Assembly: GCA_963668695.2 (NCBI GenBank)
Contig: CAXXLQ010000004.1
Coordinates: 32,001-96,000, forward strand
Direction of reading: 5' to 3'
From: Vicinamibacteria bacterium
GTDB lineage: Bacteria; Acidobacteriota; Vicinamibacteria; Marinacidobacterales; Marinacidobacteraceae
DNA: 64,000 bases
Below, in pieces: positions 29,191 through 38,233 of this stretch. A program made the position numbers and the translations under genes. Below the pieces are notes generated by a model. It ran no database searches. It saw nothing but the letters and a program-made list of their open reading frames with translations, and was not told the DNA's origin. The first letter of the stretch is position 1. Each line of letters starts with the position of its first letter.

Positions 29191-29791
29191 GTTCGGTGCG
29201 CACAACGAGCACGTCGTCCGTGGCCTGAAGGGTGCGGAACACTTCGAGCTTTCCCGTCGGCAGCTCCCGGACCTCCCGCACCCGCACGATGCCGCCGCGG
29301 AATTCGGCCGCACTGGTGAATTTCCCTCCACGCCCGTCTTCCCGGACGTGTTCCTCGCCGTCCAGGTAGAGGATCTGGACCCGCTCGTCGAGGACGAGCC
29401 GCAATTCGCCGCCACCCGATTCGATCTCCAGCAGATCCGGCAGGCTCAGCAGGCTGTTTCCACCACCGCCCGGGCCACCGCCGGCCGCCCCCCCGCGCTC
29501 CATGCCGGCCCGGGCCCCCGGTCCCGGGCCGGCCCCGCGGCGGCCGCGGCCGCCTCGCCGTTCGTCGCCGCGCTCCGCCGCCTGCCGCATCACCTCGGCC
29601 GGATCGTCGCTTTCTTCGGGGTCGAGTTCCCAATATCCCGCCAGGAGCGCCAGCTCCTGTCCGGATTCCGGGCCGGATCCGGAGGTCGCCGGCGAGGCGA
29701 GCGCGACGACGGCCACGCACACCAGCAGGGCCGCAAGAGCCGGAGCGGGCGCAAGGCGCGAAATCGTGTCCGGGGAGGCGGAGATCGTCAT
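29129..29791 (-). CDS. exported hypothetical protein with Gly/Arg-rich linker
   Basis: Signal peptide; LAGYWELDPEESDDP, Gly-rich middle, C-terminal RSVYRR. Confidence 0.65.
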   Translation of the reverse strand: MTISASPDTISRLAPAPALAALLVCVAVVALASPATSGSGPESGQELALLAGYWELDPEESDDPAEVMRQAAERGDERRGGRGRRGAGPGPGARAGMERGGAAGGGPGGGGNSLLSLPDLLEIESGGGELRLVLDERVQILYLDGEEHVREDGRGGKFTSAAEFRGGIVRVREVRELPTGKLEVFRTLQATDDVLVVRTELKMPRRGDPVLLRSVYRRIP

Positions 29792-29930
29792 TGCGCCGAG
29801 TCTAGGCGCAAGGTCCGTACCACCGGTTTTTTGGCGGCCGGAGAAAGCGGACTTGCCGCGTCCCGGGGTCCGTTTGACCCGGGTTCGGAACCCTCCATAC
29901 AATCACCTCTTCGGAGATGCTGACGCCCCT

Positions 29931-31877
29931 ATGTTGACCCCTGTACGCGTGGGCTTGATCACCGCTGCGGCGATGGTCTTCCCTCTTTCCGCGGTGGCGC
30001 AACCACCGACGAGCCAAGGCACACCGGACCAGCAGGAAGACCCACAGGAAATTCAGGATCGGCTGGCCGATCGGGCGCACCGGATCGCCGCTGAAGGCGA
30101 GACGGCGGGCGAGAAGGCGCGCCGGGCGATCGCCGCCGCGGGCCGGCTGCCGCGCGGCGCGGGCGCCGCCGCCGACCCGGTCAGCCAGGTTCTTCCACGG
30201 CGCACCCTGGTGGACGAGATCCTCGGAGCGCAACAGGAGGCGCTGGGAATCCCCCACGCCGCTCCGAGTTCCGACGCGGCCTTCCTCAGGCGCGCCATGC
30301 TCGACGCCACGGGACTCATTCCCACGCCGGAAGCAATCCGCGCGTTCCTCGCCGACGACCCTCGCGACAAACGGACGCGGCTCGTGGACGAACTGGTGGG
30401 TACGGATGAATTCGCGGAGCAGTGGGCGTGGTTCTTCGGGGATCTCTTCCGCCTCGCCCACCAGGTAGGCGCGGTTCGCAACCCGTTCCAGAGCTGGATC
30501 AAGGAGTGGCTCACCACCGACCGGCCCTACGACGAGGTGGTACGCGACCTCCTCACCGGAGTGGCCAAGGCGCACGGGAGCGTTCCTTCGCTGGCGTTGC
30601 TGGCGCGCTCGCACCAGGTCAAGAGCCGGATCGTCATGGGTCCGGACGACTACTCCATCCACAACCGGCTGGACGCGATCGACCAGTTCAACGTAGACGT
30701 TTCCCGGATCTTCCTTGGCATCAACACCTCCTGCTTCTCCTGCCACGACGGCGCGGCGCACCTCGAGCCAATGAACGAGTGGCTCTCGAAGCGAACCCGC
30801 GAGGAGTTCTATCGGCACTCGGCGTTCATGGGCAATGCCCGGCAGATCACGACCTGGGACGATCGGTCGAAAAACGTGGTGGTGGATCTGCTCGTGGACG
30901 ATCTTGCCAAGGGGTACGACACTGGAAACGACGCGCCGTACCACACCCTCTCCGAGGGACGCTTCCCCCGTCTCGAGGGGCTCGCTTACGAGCCCGCCTT
31001 CCTGCTGACCGGGGAGACGCCCCGCCCGGGGGAGAACCCTCGGGACGAGCTGGCCCGGATGCTCACCGAACACCCGCAGTTCGCGCGCGCCACCGTGAAC
31101 CTGGTCTGGGGCAAGCTGATGACGGTCGCCTTCGTGGAGCCGTACAACGCCTTCGATCTCGACCGGCTGGGACGGCTGGCCGCCGGCGAGGAGGATGCCC
31201 TGCCCCCACGTCCCCTGAATCCCGAACTCATGGACGCGTTGGCCGAGGACTTCCGGCAGAGCGGCTTCAGCTTCTGGCACCTGGTCAAGACGATCATGAA
31301 GTCAGAGACTTACGGCCTGTCGCCCCACTTCGATGGGGACTGGGACGAAGCCTGGACCGGCTACTACCCCCGCCGCTATGTCCGGGTGCTGACCGGGCCG
31401 GAGCTCGTGGACTCGCTGGCGCTCGCCACCGACGTCCCGACGGAGTTCTCGTTCGCCGGAACGACCGTCGGGCGCGTCAAGGAACTCACCACGCCCTCCG
31501 ATCTCGGAGGGCGGCGCGGGCGCGGCGAGGGCGCGGAGGTGGACGCTCTCATGCAGAGCTTCTTCCAGAGCAACCGGATGACCCCGGCGCCGGTCGGGAA
31601 CCGCGGTTCGATCCTGCAGGCGCTGCTCATGATGCAGTCGGGGGTCGTGAACCGCCGGGTTTCCAGCGATTCCGGAGGGCGGGTGGCCGACCTGCTTGCT
31701 TCGGACAAGGCCGACGGAGATTTCGTTAACGAACTGTTCCTGGGGACGCTCGGACGCCTGCCGACGGCGGCCGAAGCGGAACTCGGCGCCGCGCGGCTCG
31801 CCGAGGATCGCCACCAGGGCGCCCAGAACCTGCAGTGGGTGCTCCTCAACTCTCCCGAGTTCCTCCTGAACCACTGA
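29931..31877 (+). CDS. DUF1549/DUF1553 family exported protein with CxxCH
   Basis: SDAAFLRRAMLDATGLIPT, DRPYDEVVRDLLT, FLGINTSCFSCHD, FARATVNLVWGKLM, WVLLNSPEFLLNH. Confidence 0.85.
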   Translation: MLTPVRVGLITAAAMVFPLSAVAQPPTSQGTPDQQEDPQEIQDRLADRAHRIAAEGETAGEKARRAIAAAGRLPRGAGAAADPVSQVLPRRTLVDEILGAQQEALGIPHAAPSSDAAFLRRAMLDATGLIPTPEAIRAFLADDPRDKRTRLVDELVGTDEFAEQWAWFFGDLFRLAHQVGAVRNPFQSWIKEWLTTDRPYDEVVRDLLTGVAKAHGSVPSLALLARSHQVKSRIVMGPDDYSIHNRLDAIDQFNVDVSRIFLGINTSCFSCHDGAAHLEPMNEWLSKRTREEFYRHSAFMGNARQITTWDDRSKNVVVDLLVDDLAKGYDTGNDAPYHTLSEGRFPRLEGLAYEPAFLLTGETPRPGENPRDELARMLTEHPQFARATVNLVWGKLMTVAFVEPYNAFDLDRLGRLAAGEEDALPPRPLNPELMDALAEDFRQSGFSFWHLVKTIMKSETYGLSPHFDGDWDEAWTGYYPRRYVRVLTGPELVDSLALATDVPTEFSFAGTTVGRVKELTTPSDLGGRRGRGEGAEVDALMQSFFQSNRMTPAPVGNRGSILQALLMMQSGVVNRRVSSDSGGRVADLLASDKADGDFVNELFLGTLGRLPTAAEAELGAARLAEDRHQGAQNLQWVLLNSPEFLLNH

Positions 31878-31896
31878 GGCCCCTGGATGTATCTTT

Positions 31897-33309
31897 ATGT
31901 GTAGTCACGAACCCCGCGTCGCCGACCTCTTCCCGGCTCGCCGGGAAGTCCTGAAACTCGGAGGCTTGGCGCTGGCCGGAACCTTCGCGAACCAGGTCAT
32001 CTGGCCGCTCCAGGCCCACGCGAACGGCAAGGCGAATCCGCGCCGGACCGCCCGCTATTGCATCTTCATCGAGATGGGCGGGGCGATCAGCCCCATGGAC
32101 ACCTGGGACTTCAAAGAGACCCGCTGGACCCCCACGGACCTCGACATGGTGCAGATCAACGACGAGGTTTCGCTGTCGCGCGCGCTGTTCCCCACCCTCG
32201 TGGACCGCGTCGACGAGGTCGCCTTTGTCCGCTCCATGCGGGCGCCCGAGCTGATCCACTTCAACGGTCAGTACCACACCCAGACCGGCAGGGCTCTCAA
32301 CGTGGCGCTCGCCCGGGAAATCCCCGCCTTCGGAAGCATCATCGCTGCGGAACTCGATAAGGAACGGCGCGAAACGGACAGCTTTCCGACCTACGTCAGC
32401 ACCTACCTGACGCGGGCGCGCGCCGGCTCGATCGGCGCCGGCTTCCTGCCCACGCGGTTCTCCGGCCTCGATCTGGATCCCACGACGGTCTTCGACTCCT
32501 TCGGAGGCGACGTGGAAGGCAGCCGCCGGGTTCTGGAGGAGCGCTTCCGCCTGCTGAACCAGATGGCGGAGGTCTCCATCCCGGAGCGGGCCTCGCTGGG
32601 CGACAAGGAAGACGACTACCGCGCCTACTACCAGTCGGCCTACGAGCTGCTCACCGACGAACGCTGGCCCAAGCTCTTCGCCGCGAGCGAAGAGGACAAA
32701 GCGCGCTATGGCGCCGACGAGTTCGGGCTTGGCTGCATCCTCGCGCGCAACCTGATCGAGGCCGATGCCGGCACCCGATTCATCTATATCTACGACGGCG
32801 ACAAATGGGACCACCACTCCGGCATCTTCGACCGGTCGCGCCAATGGAACCACTACACGACCTGTCCGCGGCTGGACAAGGGCTTCACCTCCCTGCTCAC
32901 CGACCTCGGCGCCCGGCCGGGCAGCGAGCCGGGCACGACGCTGCTGGACGAGACCCTGATCGTGGTCACCAGCGAGTTCGGCCGCACTCCGGAAATGAAT
33001 CCGGTGGCCGGCCGGGATCACTACCGTTTCGCCTACGCCACGATGTTTGCGGGCGGCGGCGTTCAGGGTGGCCGCGTCGTCGGGCGGACCAACGAGGATG
33101 GTTCCGAAGTCGTTGATCCCGGCTGGAAACACGCCGGGCAGCCGTTCATGGACAACACGGTGGCGACCATCTATTCAGCGCTCGGCATCGACTGGAGGAA
33201 GTCGGTCCGCAACACCCCCTCGGGCCGCGAATACATCTACGTGGATTCCGTCTCCCTCGGCGGGTCGGAGATGATGTTCGACGACGAGATCGCCGAGATC
33301 TTCGCCTGA
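31897..33309 (+). CDS. DUF1501 family Tat-exported protein
   Basis: RREVLKLGG Tat motif; GGAISPMDTWD, WDHH, LDETLIVVTSEFGRTP, GRDH, GGGVQGGRVVGRT. Confidence 0.85.
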   Translation: MCSHEPRVADLFPARREVLKLGGLALAGTFANQVIWPLQAHANGKANPRRTARYCIFIEMGGAISPMDTWDFKETRWTPTDLDMVQINDEVSLSRALFPTLVDRVDEVAFVRSMRAPELIHFNGQYHTQTGRALNVALAREIPAFGSIIAAELDKERRETDSFPTYVSTYLTRARAGSIGAGFLPTRFSGLDLDPTTVFDSFGGDVEGSRRVLEERFRLLNQMAEVSIPERASLGDKEDDYRAYYQSAYELLTDERWPKLFAASEEDKARYGADEFGLGCILARNLIEADAGTRFIYIYDGDKWDHHSGIFDRSRQWNHYTTCPRLDKGFTSLLTDLGARPGSEPGTTLLDETLIVVTSEFGRTPEMNPVAGRDHYRFAYATMFAGGGVQGGRVVGRTNEDGSEVVDPGWKHAGQPFMDNTVATIYSALGIDWRKSVRNTPSGREYIYVDSVSLGGSEMMFDDEIAEIFA

Positions 33310-33352
33310 TCCCGACCACGCGGGTCCGCTCGGAAGTTCACTGACCGGCGGG

Positions 33353-34231
33353 ATGGGGGAGCGGCGCCGGATTCCCGCCATCCGCAAACTCGTCACGGCG
33401 CTGCTGGCGGCGACCCCTCTCCTCACAGAGACGGCGGCACCGGCGTTCGGGAACGAACCCCCGCCGGCGCATTGCAGCGACGATCGCGCCGAGAACATCT
33501 GCTGGGTCCCGCCCGGGGACTTCTGGATGGGGAGGACCCGGCTCTGGCTGATTGACGAGATCCACTGGCAGACCCGGGACCGGGTGGACGCCCGGCCGGT
33601 GCACCGGGTCACGCTCCCCGGCTTCTGGATGGACCAGAAGGAAGTCACCCAGGAGTCCTATCGGGAATTCACCCTCTCGACCGGGCGGCCCGAGCCCTTC
33701 CACTGGCGACAGCGTTTCCCGGAGGACAAGGCGCACCTCCCGGTGTACAACGTGAACTGGAACGACGCGCACGACTACTGCGCCTTCCGGAGAAAGCGCC
33801 TGCCGACCGAGGCCGAATGGGAAAAGGCGGCGCGCGGCGGCCTTGAGGGAGCGTCGTGGTCCTGGGGGGATCAGTATCGGCCCGACCCCGAAGAAGACTC
33901 GCCGGAGGGGACCCGGCTTCCCCCGCCGGCGCGGATCGGCCACCCGGGGGCGCCTGCCGCAGTCGCTTCCTTCCCGCCGAACGGGTACGGGCTCTATGAC
34001 ATGGTCGGCAACATCGCCGAGTGGGTCGCGGACGGCTACGACCTCGGGTACTACGCCGTGAGCCCGCCCGTGGACCCGCGCGGGCCGCAAGACGCTCCCT
34101 ACCGGATCTTCCGGGGCGGGAGTTGGGCGGACAGCGACGAGCGGATCGCCAGCGTCTTCTATCGAAACTTCACGAGACCCGATACCAGGATCCACAGCAT
34201 CGGCTTCCGGTGCGCACTTAGCAACCCGTGA
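33353..34231 (+). CDS. formylglycine-generating enzyme (SUMF1/EgtB/PvdO) domain protein
   Basis: FWMG, RLPTEAEWEKAARGG, NGYGLYDMVGNIAEW, RGGSW, IGFRC. Confidence 0.88.
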   Translation: MGERRRIPAIRKLVTALLAATPLLTETAAPAFGNEPPPAHCSDDRAENICWVPPGDFWMGRTRLWLIDEIHWQTRDRVDARPVHRVTLPGFWMDQKEVTQESYREFTLSTGRPEPFHWRQRFPEDKAHLPVYNVNWNDAHDYCAFRRKRLPTEAEWEKAARGGLEGASWSWGDQYRPDPEEDSPEGTRLPPPARIGHPGAPAAVASFPPNGYGLYDMVGNIAEWVADGYDLGYYAVSPPVDPRGPQDAPYRIFRGGSWADSDERIASVFYRNFTRPDTRIHSIGFRCALSNP

Positions 34232-34241
34232 ACAGCGTGAG

Positions 34242-34488
34242 CCGGAAGCCCGAGCCAGAAGGGCTGGGGGTCGGGTGACCCCGTCCCCCGTCCCTTCCGC
34301 TCCGGGGTCTCCGCGGTGCTGGCGCCCCGCTCCGGAAGCGAGCGGCGATGCATCCCGCCTGAACCGCGACGCTTCGCGTCGCTCATCGTTGCGCTTCGGT
34401 CGGAATACACCAGGTATTCCTCCCTCGCGCGCCTTGTCAGCCGGGCGCCTCGCCCCCACCGGGAGGACTGGCCGCTCTCGGTGCTCAC
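34242..34488. repeat. truncated MITE-like copy G (reverse orientation, one diverged 90-bp unit, no termini)
   Basis: Reverse complement of the family core plus CCGGGGTCTCCGCGGTGCTGGCGCCCCGCTCCGGAAGC. Confidence 0.75.
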
Positions 34489-34536
34489 CTCACCCTATCC
34501 ACGGACTGCCAATCATCCAAGAGAGGAAGAAACGGA

Positions 34537-35553
34537 ATGACCAAAGCTCGGAACAACGGAATGGGACGCCGCGAGGCACTCCGTCGCCTTTCGGCCGGAA
34601 CCGGCGGAGCGGCGCTCGGCGCGACCGGAGGGACGGCCTTCGGCGCGGGGGTGGCAGCCTGCGCCCCCATGGGCTCGGAGGCCGCCCCGGACCCGGGACA
34701 GCGGTTCCGGACGATGCTCGGCGCCGGAGACCCGGTGATCTGCCCGGGGGCCTTCGACGTCATCTCGGCTCGCCTGATCGTCGAAATGGGCTTCGAGACG
34801 GTGCTCATCGGCGGAAGCGCCGCGTCCGCGGCGAACTGGGGAGTCCCGGATTACGGACTCGCCTCCATCACCGAGCTGATCGAGATCGCCTCCCGCATCG
34901 CGGGGAGCGTCCCGGTTCCCTGCTTCGCGGACGCCGACGACGGGGGCGGCAGCCCGCTCGCGGTGGCGCGGGCAGTCCGCGGCTACGAGCGGGGCGGCCT
35001 CGCCGCGGTGATGATCGAGGATCACGTCCAGGCGAAACACCTCGGAGAAGGCGGTGTGCTGATCGAGGTGGGCGCGATGCAGGACAAGATCCGCGCGGCG
35101 GTGGACGCCCGGAAGACCGGCATGATGCTGGTTGCCCGCTGCGATTCCGTTTCCATCGGGCAGAGCGAGGCGGAGGCCACGGAGCGAGGCGCCGCCTACG
35201 TCGAGGCCGGAGCCGACCTCCTCTTCTTTGCCGGACTGCCTCCCGAGAGCATGGGCGCGGTAGCAGAGGCGGCCGGCCGGCCGGTGATCGCGAGTGTCCA
35301 CGACACACCCATGACCACTCTCCGGGAAAACCGGGTCCCGCTCGTCCTCTACGCGGGGCAGATGCTCCGCCTCGCCCTCGGGGCGATGCGCCAGGGACTC
35401 CAGGACATCCACGACGGCGCGACCTGGCCCGGCTACGCCGACCGCGCCCTTCCGGGCGACACCTACCAAAACCTCATCCAGTCCGGGAAGTGGCGCGAAG
35501 ACGCCGGCCGCTACAACCTCGTGGATGAGAACGGCCGCCAGGTCCGGGGGTAG
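34537..35553 (+). CDS. isocitrate lyase/PEP mutase superfamily enzyme with a Tat-lipoprotein-like leader
   Basis: PGAFDVISAR, GVPDYG, ADADDGGG, MIEDH, VARCD, AYVEAGAD; RREALRR...VAAC leader. Confidence 0.85.
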   Translation: MTKARNNGMGRREALRRLSAGTGGAALGATGGTAFGAGVAACAPMGSEAAPDPGQRFRTMLGAGDPVICPGAFDVISARLIVEMGFETVLIGGSAASAANWGVPDYGLASITELIEIASRIAGSVPVPCFADADDGGGSPLAVARAVRGYERGGLAAVMIEDHVQAKHLGEGGVLIEVGAMQDKIRAAVDARKTGMMLVARCDSVSIGQSEAEATERGAAYVEAGADLLFFAGLPPESMGAVAEAAGRPVIASVHDTPMTTLRENRVPLVLYAGQMLRLALGAMRQGLQDIHDGATWPGYADRALPGDTYQNLIQSGKWREDAGRYNLVDENGRQVRG

Positions 35554-35576
35554 AACGAGGCGCGAAACGCCAGCCA

Positions 35577-35679
35577 GGAGCGCCCCCCTTTCAAAGCGGC
35601 ACGCCAGCGCGGAGGAACGCCGCTCTTCAGAGCGGCATCGCCCGCGCATGGGAACGCCGCTCTTCAGAGCGGCATCGCC
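35577..35679. repeat. REP-like palindromes, 3 copies at a 37-bp period
   Basis: GGAACGCCGCTCTTCAGAGCGGCATCGCC at 35614 and 35651; degenerate copy at 35577. Confidence 0.75.
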
Positions 35680-35751
35680 AGCCTGAGGCTGGCGAAACTC
35701 CCGTAGCCATCCCAGACGACGGCGACGGCGCTGCGAAAGAATCCAGGATCC

Positions 35752-36339
35752 GTGAACCCCTTCCCCGGGAAACAGATCACCCCCCGCAACCGGCAGGAAT
35801 GGCGCCGTTGGCTGGCCGCCAACCACGGCACGGTCCCCGAGGTCTGGGTCGTCTTCTACAAGAAAACCGCCCAGCGAGCTGGTCGGCCCACCCTCACCTA
35901 CGACCACGCCGTCGAGGAGGCGGTCTGTTTCGGCTGGATCGACGGCCTCAAACGGCGCGTTGACGACGAACGATACGCCCACCGCTTCACACCGCGGAAA
36001 CCGGACAGCCGGTGGTCGGAGAGCAATCGGGTGCGGCTCGAAAAAATGAGGTCCCGGGGCCTCATGACTCCCACCGGTGAGGAAGCGGTCGAGGCCTCGA
36101 TACGGTCCGGCGCCTGGGAGAAACCCGCGACCTCGGCACCCCCGGACGTCCCGGCGGAGCTACTCGCCGCCCTCGAAAGCGATCCGCAGGCGCGCGCCGG
36201 CTGGTTGAGGCTCCCCCGCTCGGAACGGCGCCGCTACGAAACCTGGATCGGCATCGCCAAGCGGGCCGAAACCCGAGCCCGGCGGCTCACCGAGAGCCTG
36301 GACCTCCTCCGCCGCGGCCAAAAACTCGGAATGCGCTGA
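35752..36339 (+). CDS. YdeI/OmpD-associated family protein
   Basis: WRRWLAANH, AVEEAVCFGWIDG, FTPRKPDSRWSESN, AKRAETRARR. Confidence 0.88.
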   Translation: MNPFPGKQITPRNRQEWRRWLAANHGTVPEVWVVFYKKTAQRAGRPTLTYDHAVEEAVCFGWIDGLKRRVDDERYAHRFTPRKPDSRWSESNRVRLEKMRSRGLMTPTGEEAVEASIRSGAWEKPATSAPPDVPAELLAALESDPQARAGWLRLPRSERRRYETWIGIAKRAETRARRLTESLDLLRRGQKLGMR

Positions 36340-36368
36340 ACCATCTCCCGCCGGTGTAATTGTAGTTC

Positions 36369-36389
36369 GGATAGAATAGTATTCTATCC
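36369..36389 (+). promoter_or_regulatory. perfect palindromic operator / -10 region of the TA operon
   Basis: GGATAGAATA-G-TATTCTATCC directly before ATG 36390. Confidence 0.7.
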
Positions 36390-36644
36390 ATGAGCACAAC
36401 CATCCACCTCTCGGGTGACCTGCTGGCGGCCGTAGACCGCCGCGCGCAGGATCTGAGAGTCACCCGGAACCGATACATCGTCCGGGCGCTCGAACGATCC
36501 CTGAGTAGTGACACGGAGTGGAGCCCAGCATTCGTCGAGGAACTCCGTGCTGCCCGCCACGATCCGGAAGACCATAGGGTCCTCGCCGAAATGCGTGCCG
36601 CGATCAAGGCGAATCGGGAGAGCAAGGGGCCTCCGGCACTTTGA
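36390..36644 (+). CDS. ribbon-helix-helix antitoxin (VapB-like)
   Basis: MSTTIHLSGDLLAAVDRRAQ...RNRYIVRAL RHH pattern; overlaps the PIN gene. Confidence 0.8.
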   Translation: MSTTIHLSGDLLAAVDRRAQDLRVTRNRYIVRALERSLSSDTEWSPAFVEELRAARHDPEDHRVLAEMRAAIKANRESKGPPAL

Positions 36645-37048
36645 AGTACGTCCTCGACACGAACATCGTCTCCCTAGCCATGGCGGGCACACCATCCGTC
36701 ACAGAGCGCATGTTTTCCCTGGCAAGAACCGATGTGCTGCTTCCACAACCCGTCATCGCCGAGATCGAGTACGGAATTGCCCGGTTGCCGGAGTCTGGGC
36801 GGCGCCAGCGCTTAGCCGGACGCCTTGAGAAGTTCGTGGAGAACACCTCCGGAGTGCCATGGACCGCCGACGTCAGCCGTGCTTTCGGCACAACCAAAGC
36901 CGATCTCGAGGCTCGGGGCCAGCGGATCGAGGACTTCGACGTGGCAATTGCCGCCCACGCCCTCGCGCTCGACGCGGTCCTGGTTACCGACAACACCGCC
37001 CACATGGGCCGGATTCGCGGGCTGCGACTCGAAAACTGGGGCGCATAG
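36641..37048 (+). CDS. vapC: PIN-domain toxin
   Basis: YVLDTN, AEIEYG, DVAIAAHA, LVTDN. Confidence 0.9.
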   Translation: MKYVLDTNIVSLAMAGTPSVTERMFSLARTDVLLPQPVIAEIEYGIARLPESGRRQRLAGRLEKFVENTSGVPWTADVSRAFGTTKADLEARGQRIEDFDVAIAAHALALDAVLVTDNTAHMGRIRGLRLENWGA

Positions 37049-37207
37049 CACCTGGCCTCGTGTGTCTCGCCGCCCTATGGGCGGCGATGCCGGCCGGAGG
37101 CCGGCGGTCCCTTTCCTAAGCGCGATGTGGCAGAGTGGTCCCGCGTTATCCCGACTGGTGCACCATCTACTCCAGTAGCGATGCCGGCCCGGAGAGCGGC
37201 GGTGCCG

Positions 37208-38155
37208 CTACTGGGACGACAGGCTGCGGTGGACCAGGCGGACGAAGCGTTCGGCGTTCACGAAGCCGGCCGCGTCGGGAGACCAGCCGATGTCGGTTCC
37301 GATTCCGGTGACCAGTGCGACGTAGTCGGCCGCGGCGTCGTCCTCGCTCTGGCCCGCCTCGACGCGCTCGCTGATCCGCTCCCGGGCCATGCGGAGCGCT
37401 ACCCCGTACTTGACCAGGGTGGCGCGGTCCGCGACCGGGCCGTGACCCGGAATGATCTTCGTCTGGTCGTCGGTGCTCTCCGCGACCGCCTCGGCGGCCG
37501 CAATCAACCCGTCGATCCCGCCCCCTGAGTCCACGTCAATGAACGGGAAGGCGCCGTTGAAGAACAGGTCCCCCATGTGGACCACGTTCGCGCCTCGGAA
37601 GAAGATCGCCGAATCGCCGTCGGTGTGGGCATGAGGCTGGTGCCGGACTTCGATGGCGAGGCCATTCCAGTGCAGGGTGACCTCCTGCTCGAAGGTCACT
37701 ACCGGCAGGGCTTCGGGGGCCGCCTGGTCGCTGCGGCCGACCAGGTCGGCAAACTCGGCGGGGTTCAGGCGGCGCCGGACGTTCTCGTGGGCCACGATGA
37801 GGCTGCCGGCCTTTCCGAGGTTCTCGTTGCCGCCGGTATGGTCACCGTGCCAGTGGGTGTTCACCAGGAAGCGCACCGGATCGGTGGTGATCGAGCGCAC
37901 CGCGGCGAGAATCTTGTCGGTCAGCGGCGCGTACTGATCATCCACCAGCAGGGCGCCGTCGGAGCCGGTGGACAGGCCGATGTTGCCCCCGCTCCCAAAG
38001 AGGACGTGGATGCCGCCGCCCAGATCCTCGCTGGTGATCGAGACGGCGTCCCAGTCCTGGTCCTGGGCCGCGGCTGGAAACGCAGCGAGCGAAAGGCAGA
38101 TCGCGGCGAGGAAAACCGGCCGAGGGCGGCGATACGATGGATCAGTCAGGAACAT
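37208..38155 (-). CDS. exported metallo-beta-lactamase fold hydrolase (cyclase-like)
   Basis: THWHGDHTGGN, AHTDGD, HMGD, IPGHG; signal peptide. Confidence 0.9.
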   Translation of the reverse strand: MFLTDPSYRRPRPVFLAAICLSLAAFPAAAQDQDWDAVSITSEDLGGGIHVLFGSGGNIGLSTGSDGALLVDDQYAPLTDKILAAVRSITTDPVRFLVNTHWHGDHTGGNENLGKAGSLIVAHENVRRRLNPAEFADLVGRSDQAAPEALPVVTFEQEVTLHWNGLAIEVRHQPHAHTDGDSAIFFRGANVVHMGDLFFNGAFPFIDVDSGGGIDGLIAAAEAVAESTDDQTKIIPGHGPVADRATLVKYGVALRMARERISERVEAGQSEDDAAADYVALVTGIGTDIGWSPDAAGFVNAERFVRLVHRSLSSQ

Positions 38156-38233
38156 GGCGTAACAAACTCCAGAAGAAGGGCAAATGCGGCCACACGGATC
38201 CCGGTGGCCTGACGAGGGGCCGGCGGCGGGGTG

